Below are positions 25,182 through 32,000 of a stretch of 32,000 nucleotides of DNA, in pieces. Location: the NCBI RefSeq assembly GCF_000012905.2, contig NC_007493.2, positions 2,250,001-2,282,000 of the forward strand, in the 5' to 3' direction. Made by a program: the position numbers and the translations under genes. The notes below the pieces were generated by a model. That model saw only the letters and a list, made by a program, of their open reading frames with translations. It had not been told where the DNA came from and searched no databases. The DNA is from Cereibacter sphaeroides 2.4.1 (lineage in GTDB: Bacteria; Pseudomonadota; Alphaproteobacteria; Rhodobacterales; Rhodobacteraceae). How positions within the stretch are numbered: the stretch's first letter is position 1; each line of letters opens with the position of its first letter.

Positions 25182-26702
25182 TCAGCGGGTCAGGTCGAAC
25201 GAGATGTCGGACTCGTCGTCGAGCTTGTCGAAGATCTTGTCGAGGATCTTCACCAGCACCTGGATCGCGCCCTGATAGCCGAAGGTCGGGAAGCGGTGGT
25301 GGTGGTGGCGGTCGAAGATCGGGAAGGTCAGGCGGATCAGCGGCACGTTGCAGTCGCGCTCGAGATACTTGCCATAGCTGCTGCCGATCAGCAGGTCCGC
25401 CGGTTCCGTGGCGAGGATCGAGCGCAGGTGCCAGAGGTCCTTGCCCGCCCAGACCTGGCAGCCTTCGCCGAAGGGCGAGGAGGCCAGCAGCTCCTTCATC
25501 TGCACTTCCCAGTCCTTGCCGCCGTTGGTGGCGAGGCAGTGCTTCGGCTCGCCGCCCATCTCCATGACGAAGCGGGCCATGGCATAGACGAAGTCCGGGT
25601 CGCCGAAGATGGCGTAGGTCTTGCCGTGCAGGTAGGCCTGGCTGTCGGCCATGGCGTCGATCAGGCGGCCGCGCTCGAGGCGGAGCGCTTCCGGGATCTC
25701 CTTGCCGGTCAGGTCCGAGACCTTCATCAGGAACTCGTCGGTGGCCTTGACGCCCATCGGATAGTGGAACGACGCGGTCTCCTGGCCCACTTCCTCGCAG
25801 AAGGCGAGCGTCCTGCGGGTGCAATATTCCTGCAGCGAGAGGGTGGCCTTCGCGTTCAGGGCCTCCTTGATCTCCTCCTGCGTGGTGCCGCCCGCATACA
25901 TGCGGTACTCGCCGTCCGAGGGGGTGTCGTAGACGTCCGAGGCATCGCCCAGAACGGTCGCCTCGACGCCCATCAGGCCGAGCATGCGCTTCATCTCGCG
26001 GACGTTGCCCACGCAGTAGCCGTCAAAGCCCGGGATGATGTTCAGGCCTTCGCCCGCGGTGCGCGGCGCGTCCTTCCAGAAGTTCGACAGGATGCCCTTC
26101 TGCATGTTGTCGTAGCCGTCGACGTGGCTGCCCACGAAGGCCGGCGTATGGGCGAAGGGCACCGGAAAATCGGCCGGGACGCTTTCCTTCTCCTTCGACT
26201 TGATGATGAACGAGTTGAGGTCGTCGCCGATGACTTCCGCCATGCAGGTGGTGGAAACGGCGATCATCTTCGGCGAATAGAGCGCATAGGTGTTGGCGAG
26301 GCCTTCCACCATGTTGTTCAGGCCGCCGAACACCGCCGCATCCTCGGTCATCGAGGAGGACACCGCCGAGGACGGCTCCTTGAAGTGGCGGGCGAGGTGC
26401 GAGCGATAGTAGGCCACGCAGCCCTGCGAGCCGTGCACGAAGCTCATGGTGCTGTCATAGCCGGCGGCGGCGAAGACCGCGCCGAGCGGCTGGCAGGCCT
26501 TGGCCGGGTTGATGGTCACGCAGGAGCGGGCGAGGTTCTTCTCGCGATAGTCCCAGGACTTCGTCCAGTCCGCGGTTTCGGCCACCGTCTCGGCGGGCGT
26601 CGCATTCTCGTAGGTGGCGCGCTTCTTCTCGAGCATCGCCTGATATTCGGGTTCCTTGAACAGATCCTTGTGATCCAGAACCTTTTCGGCCGACTGCGGC
26701 AT
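25182..26702 (-). CDS. nifK: Nitrogenase MoFe protein beta chain NifK
   Basis: Trimmed to the ATG at 26702 ([21 protein letters not shown]...), which has better SD spacing (AGAAGGA 8 nt upstream) than the ATG at 26708. [23 protein letters not shown] and the rest align by eye to NifK. Confidence 0.93.
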   Translation of the reverse strand: MPQSAEKVLDHKDLFKEPEYQAMLEKKRATYENATPAETVAETADWTKSWDYREKNLARSCVTINPAKACQPLGAVFAAAGYDSTMSFVHGSQGCVAYYRSHLARHFKEPSSAVSSSMTEDAAVFGGLNNMVEGLANTYALYSPKMIAVSTTCMAEVIGDDLNSFIIKSKEKESVPADFPVPFAHTPAFVGSHVDGYDNMQKGILSNFWKDAPRTAGEGLNIIPGFDGYCVGNVREMKRMLGLMGVEATVLGDASDVYDTPSDGEYRMYAGGTTQEEIKEALNAKATLSLQEYCTRRTLAFCEEVGQETASFHYPMGVKATDEFLMKVSDLTGKEIPEALRLERGRLIDAMADSQAYLHGKTYAIFGDPDFVYAMARFVMEMGGEPKHCLATNGGKDWEVQMKELLASSPFGEGCQVWAGKDLWHLRSILATEPADLLIGSSYGKYLERDCNVPLIRLTFPIFDRHHHHRFPTFGYQGAIQVLVKILDKIFDKLDDESDISFDLTR

Positions 26703-26802
26703 GAGCATGATCCTTCTGCTGGCCGTCCTCATTCCGGGACGCACCTTGCATGGGTGGAGGGGAGGGTCGGGGGGCGGGAGCAGGCCCCCCTTGGGGCTGG
26801 CC

Positions 26803-28284
26803 TCAGGCCGTCTTCTTCCAGGGCGCATCGAACATGCCCCAGACGGGGTTGTTGATCGCGAGATCCATGTCGCGCGCGAAGATCGCGTAGCCGTCGTAGC
26901 CGTGGTAGGGGCCGGAATAATCCCAGGAGTGCATCTGACGGAACGGGATGCCCATCTTCTGCGTGTTGTATTTCTCCTTGATGCCCGAGCCCACGAGATC
27001 GGGACGGATCGCCTCGACGAATTTCTCCAGCTCGTAGCCCGAGACGTCGTCGAAGATCAGCGTGCCTTCCTTGATGTAATGGCCGGTGCGCTTGTAGTCG
27101 TCGTTGTGGGCGAATTCGTAGCCGGTGCCCACGATCTCCATGCCCAGGTCATGGTAGGCGTCGACGACGTGGCGCGGACGCAGGCCGCCCACATAGAGCA
27201 TCACCTTCTTGCCTTCGAGGCGCGGCTTGTATTTCGCGTTCACCGCATCGACGAGCGGCTGGTATTTCGCGATGACCGCTTCGGCATTGGCCTGGATCCT
27301 GTCGTCGAACTTCGCGGCGATGGCGCGCAGCGAGGCCGCGATCTGCGAGGGGCCGAAGAAGTTGTACTCCATCCACGGCACGCCGTGGTTCTCTTCCATG
27401 TGCCGGCAGATGTAGCTCATCGAACGGTAGCAGTGGATGAGGTTCAGCTTCGCCGCCGGAGCGCGCTCCATCTCGGCGATGGTGGCGTCGCCCGACCATT
27501 GCGCGATGACGTTGAGGCCGATCTCTTCCAGCAGGATCCGGCTCGACCAGGCGTCGCCGCCGATGTTGTAGTCGCCGATGATGTTCACGTCATAGGGGCC
27601 GGGCTCGTAGCCCGCGCGCGCGCCCTCGCCCGCTTCCAGCACCCAGTCGCGGATCATGTCGTTCGCGATATGGTGGCCGAGCGACTGCGACACGCCGCGG
27701 AAGCCCTCGCAGCGCACCGGAACGACGCGCTTGCCGATGTCCTTGGCCTTCTTCTTCGACACCGCCTCGATGTCGTCGCCGATCAGGCCGATCGGGCATT
27801 CCGACTGGATCGAGATCCCCTTGTTCAGCGGGAAGAGCATGTTCAGCTCGTCGATGGTCTTTTCCAGCTTCTTGTCACCGCCGAAGACGATGTCGTTTTC
27901 CTGGAAGTCGGTGGTGACCTGCATGGTCACGAACGAATCCACGCCCGTCGTGCCGGTGTAGTAGTTGCGGCGCTGGGACCAGCTGTAGTGGCCGCAGCCG
28001 ACCGGGCCGTGGCTGATGTGCAGCATGTCCTTGACCGGGCCCCAGACCACGCCCTTCGAGCCGGCATAGGCGCAGCCGCGGATGGTCATCACGCCGGGGA
28101 CCGACTTGATGTTCGATTTCACATTGTCGCATTTCGACTGGAGGCCGGGTTCGGCCTCGGCGACGGGCGCTGCGACATTCAGGTGCTTGGCGCGCTTCTT
28201 CCTGGCCTTGTCGGGGTAGGCGGCCAGCACCTCCTCGATCAGCTTCATGTTGGTCTCGGCAGAGTCAGCGATATCTTTCGCCAT
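26803..28284 (-). CDS. nifD: Nitrogenase MoFe protein alpha chain NifD
   Basis: 493 aa. [35 protein letters not shown] and HCYRSMSYI (the FeMo-co ligand Cys context), ...[14 protein letters not shown]. Confidence 0.97.
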   Translation of the reverse strand: MAKDIADSAETNMKLIEEVLAAYPDKARKKRAKHLNVAAPVAEAEPGLQSKCDNVKSNIKSVPGVMTIRGCAYAGSKGVVWGPVKDMLHISHGPVGCGHYSWSQRRNYYTGTTGVDSFVTMQVTTDFQENDIVFGGDKKLEKTIDELNMLFPLNKGISIQSECPIGLIGDDIEAVSKKKAKDIGKRVVPVRCEGFRGVSQSLGHHIANDMIRDWVLEAGEGARAGYEPGPYDVNIIGDYNIGGDAWSSRILLEEIGLNVIAQWSGDATIAEMERAPAAKLNLIHCYRSMSYICRHMEENHGVPWMEYNFFGPSQIAASLRAIAAKFDDRIQANAEAVIAKYQPLVDAVNAKYKPRLEGKKVMLYVGGLRPRHVVDAYHDLGMEIVGTGYEFAHNDDYKRTGHYIKEGTLIFDDVSGYELEKFVEAIRPDLVGSGIKEKYNTQKMGIPFRQMHSWDYSGPYHGYDGYAIFARDMDLAINNPVWGMFDAPWKKTA

Positions 28285-28345
28285 GGGGCGGGCTCCATTC
28301 GGCAGGGAGGGAAAGGGACCGGGCGGCGCCCGGCCCCCGCTCGGA

Positions 28346-30499
<2,154 letters not shown>

Positions 30500-30715
30500 T
30501 CATTCCTCCCGGTCGGTCAGGCGGCGCGCCTCGACCGTGATCGGCAGCGCGGGCGGCGCGTCATAGGCGGGCATCTGGAAGATCCAGCCATTGCCGAGCC
30601 TGGCCCAGCCGCCCCACATGCCGGGCTTTTCCATGGCCACCACCGGCTCCTCGAGGTCCTTCTTGGCCACATAGGCCACGAAGCCCTTGGCGCCTTCGCT
30701 GATCATCACCTTCAT
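30500..30715 (-). CDS. nifT: NifT/FixU
   Basis: Track ORF trimmed to the ATG at 30715 (ATGA overlap with the nifZ stop): MKVMISEGAKGFVAYVAKKDLEEPVVAMEKPGMWGGWARLGNGWIFQMP... Confidence 0.85.
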   Translation of the reverse strand: MKVMISEGAKGFVAYVAKKDLEEPVVAMEKPGMWGGWARLGNGWIFQMPAYDAPPALPITVEARRLTDREE

Positions 30716-30996
30716 CGCGATCCCTCCTGTGGATTGTCGAGGCCGATCAGCTCGCGCCCGCGCATGCCCACGATGCGTTGGCGTCCGACGAATTCGACCG
30801 CATAGATGTAGTAGCGTTGCAGATAGGTGCCGATGTCTCGCACATAGCCCACATCGCCCTTGTGGACGACGACCTCGCCCAGTTCGGCATCCCACATCGT
30901 TCCGTCGTTCTTGACGGTGAAGCGGGAACGTACCTTCTCGCCCGGCTCGAACAGGGGCGGGGCGTAGATCTCCACGGTGTCGTCAGGCTCCGGCAT
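30712..30996 (-). CDS. nifZ: NifZ
   Basis: 94 aa: ...PLFEPGEKVRSRFTVKNDGTMWDAELGEVVVHKGDVGYVRDIGTYLQRYYIYAVEFVGRQRIVGMRGRELI. NifZ-like. Confidence 0.85.
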   Translation of the reverse strand: MPEPDDTVEIYAPPLFEPGEKVRSRFTVKNDGTMWDAELGEVVVHKGDVGYVRDIGTYLQRYYIYAVEFVGRQRIVGMRGRELIGLDNPQEGSR

Positions 30997-31750
30997 CGCT
31001 GTCCTCGTGCAACTGGGCGAGCCGCCGACGGGCGGCCTCGCGGATCAGGGGGTCCTCGTCCCGCGCGAGGCTCCGGGCGAGCGGCGCGGGCGCGCGCTCG
31101 GCCACGGCGTGGCGGACGCGCAGATCGGGATCGGCTGCGAAGGCGCCTAGCCGCTCGGGCGCGATCCGAAGGGCCGCGGTGCGGCGCACGAGCGGCTCGG
31201 GATCGCCGCGCAGATGGATGAGCCAGGCCGGGTCGATGCGGGCTGCCACCGCGCGGCGCACTTCGGGATCGGGATCCTGTGCGAGGACGGGCAGCGCGCC
31301 CGCCTCGGCCCGGCGGGCCACGACGAGGCGCACCGCGGGATCGGCATCGCGCCTCAGCAGATGCAGGTCCGACGGCGGCAGGCGGTGGGCGACCGCGATC
31401 CGCACCGCGCGGTCGGGATCGGCCACGAGACGGCGCGCCTGCGCGGCGGGCAGGCGCAGGATCGCCACCGCCCGCACTGCCGGGTCCGGATCCTCGAGAA
31501 GCGGCGGCAGGCGGAACAGGTTCGCCCGTCGCGCGGCCTGGGCCCGGACCTCGAAATAGGGATGGGTGAGGAAGGCATCCGCCAGCTCGGGACCGAGCAG
31601 GAAGAACCGCTCGATCCGCGGCGCGTAGCGATCGTTGGCGCAGGCCCAGCCCGGCCCGCAGAGCCCTTCGGCCAGCCGCCCGACATGGCGGCAGCCGCCG
31701 CAATCGACGGCGGCGCCCTGCCAGTCGAGGGGCTCCGGGCCCTCGGGCAT
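30983..31750 (-). CDS. 4Fe-4S-binding leucine-rich-repeat-variant (LRV) protein
   Basis: Track ORF trimmed to the ATG at 31750 (1-nt overlap with the fdxN stop). N-terminal Cys cluster CGGC-x10-C-x5-C, followed by eight 24-residue repeats of the type DPDPxVRxxVAxRLP. Confidence 0.8.
   Translation of the reverse strand: MPEGPEPLDWQGAAVDCGGCRHVGRLAEGLCGPGWACANDRYAPRIERFFLLGPELADAFLTHPYFEVRAQAARRANLFRLPPLLEDPDPAVRAVAILRLPAAQARRLVADPDRAVRIAVAHRLPPSDLHLLRRDADPAVRLVVARRAEAGALPVLAQDPDPEVRRAVAARIDPAWLIHLRGDPEPLVRRTAALRIAPERLGAFAADPDLRVRHAVAERAPAPLARSLARDEDPLIREAARRRLAQLHEDSDAGA
31019..31567 (-). repeat. Eight in-frame 72-nt (24-codon) tandem repeats inside the LRV gene
   Basis: The acidic/Pro turn motifs HPYF, DPDP, DPDR, DADP, DPDP, DPEP, DPDL and DEDP begin at residues 63, 87, 111, 135, 159, 183, 207 and 231, an exact 24-residue period. 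Confidence 0.6.
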
Positions 31751-31944
31751 CAGGCCGGCACGCAGGTCTTGGGCACCGGGCAGACCGAGGCGCATTGCGG
31801 CGTCTCGAACCGGCCCGCGCATTCGGTGCAGAGCAGGGGGTCGATGCGGAAGGCCGCGCCGGCGGGGCCGATGGCCGAGCTCGGACATTCGATCTCGCAG
31901 GCGCCGCAGGCGGTGCAGAGGGCGGTCACGATCCGGTAGGGCAT
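31750..31944 (-). CDS. fdxN: 2x[4Fe-4S] ferredoxin, FdxN-type
   Basis: 64 aa: MPYRIVTALCTACGACEIECPSSAI...CTECAGRFETPQCASVCPV. Has CxxCxxCxxxCP plus CxxC-x8-C-xxxCP. AGGAGG 6 nt upstream of the ATG. Confidence 0.85.
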   Translation of the reverse strand: MPYRIVTALCTACGACEIECPSSAIGPAGAAFRIDPLLCTECAGRFETPQCASVCPVPKTCVPA

Positions 31945-31956
31945 GGCGGACCTCCT

Positions 31957-32000
31957 TCAGGCGCTGAGCGCGCCCGCGTCGGGGCTGCGGTTGCGGTCGG
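31957..32000 (-). CDS. 3' end of an upstream minus-strand gene (nifB by synteny only)
   Basis: Open frame ...DRNRSPDAGALSA-stop, ending at the TGA (31959-31957), 12 nt before the fdxN ATG. Too short to identify. Confidence 0.25.
   Translation of the reverse strand, partial: DRNRSPDAGALSA

Overview
Very GC-rich alphaproteobacterial chromosome segment. GC content was not computed. Gene order and protein sequences resemble, from memory, the Rhodobacter/Cereibacter nif region; this was not verified by any search. There are three blocks. (1) 1-11.5 kb is a sugar-nucleotide and glycosyltransferase locus. On the minus strand it carries an SDR epimerase, a glycosidase::SDR fusion, a GT4 enzyme, three tandem paralogous CgeB-like glycosyltransferases, UDP-xylose synthase and a GH16-like gene. 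A Zn-dehydrogenase plus Gfo/Idh/MocA oxidoreductase pair is transcribed divergently. No export, polymerase or priming genes are visible. (2) 11.5-14.5 kb holds two convergent Ku (NHEJ) paralogs without ligD, a hemolysin-III family gene and a DUF1810 gene. (3) 14.5-32 kb is a nif regulon segment entirely on the minus strand: (nifB end?)-fdxN-LRV-nifZ-nifT-SIR2-like | nifHDK | nifENX-DUF269-fdxB-nifQ | iscA-nifUSVW-rpoN. I read four sigma-54 type promoter motifs (TGGCACG-N4-[C/G]TGC). Three sit in front of nifH, nifE and iscA, each with a TGT-N10-ACA type NifA enhancer about 105-120 nt upstream. The fourth is an orphan, inside a ~560-nt non-coding gap between nifQ and iscA. The most interesting items are: the SIR2-like gene translationally abutted to nifT just upstream of nifH; the orphan sigma-54 promoter with its non-coding tract; the glycosidase::epimerase fusion within an export-less glycan locus; the convergent Ku pair; and a strongly G-skewed, G-quadruplex-prone spacer ahead of the nifH enhancer. 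I recognised no rRNA, tRNA, CRISPR array or transposase/IS. Most long ORFs in the supplied track are GC-driven shadow frames or 5'-overextended versions of real genes, so starts were re-picked by hand from ATG/GTG/TTG plus Shine-Dalgarno context.
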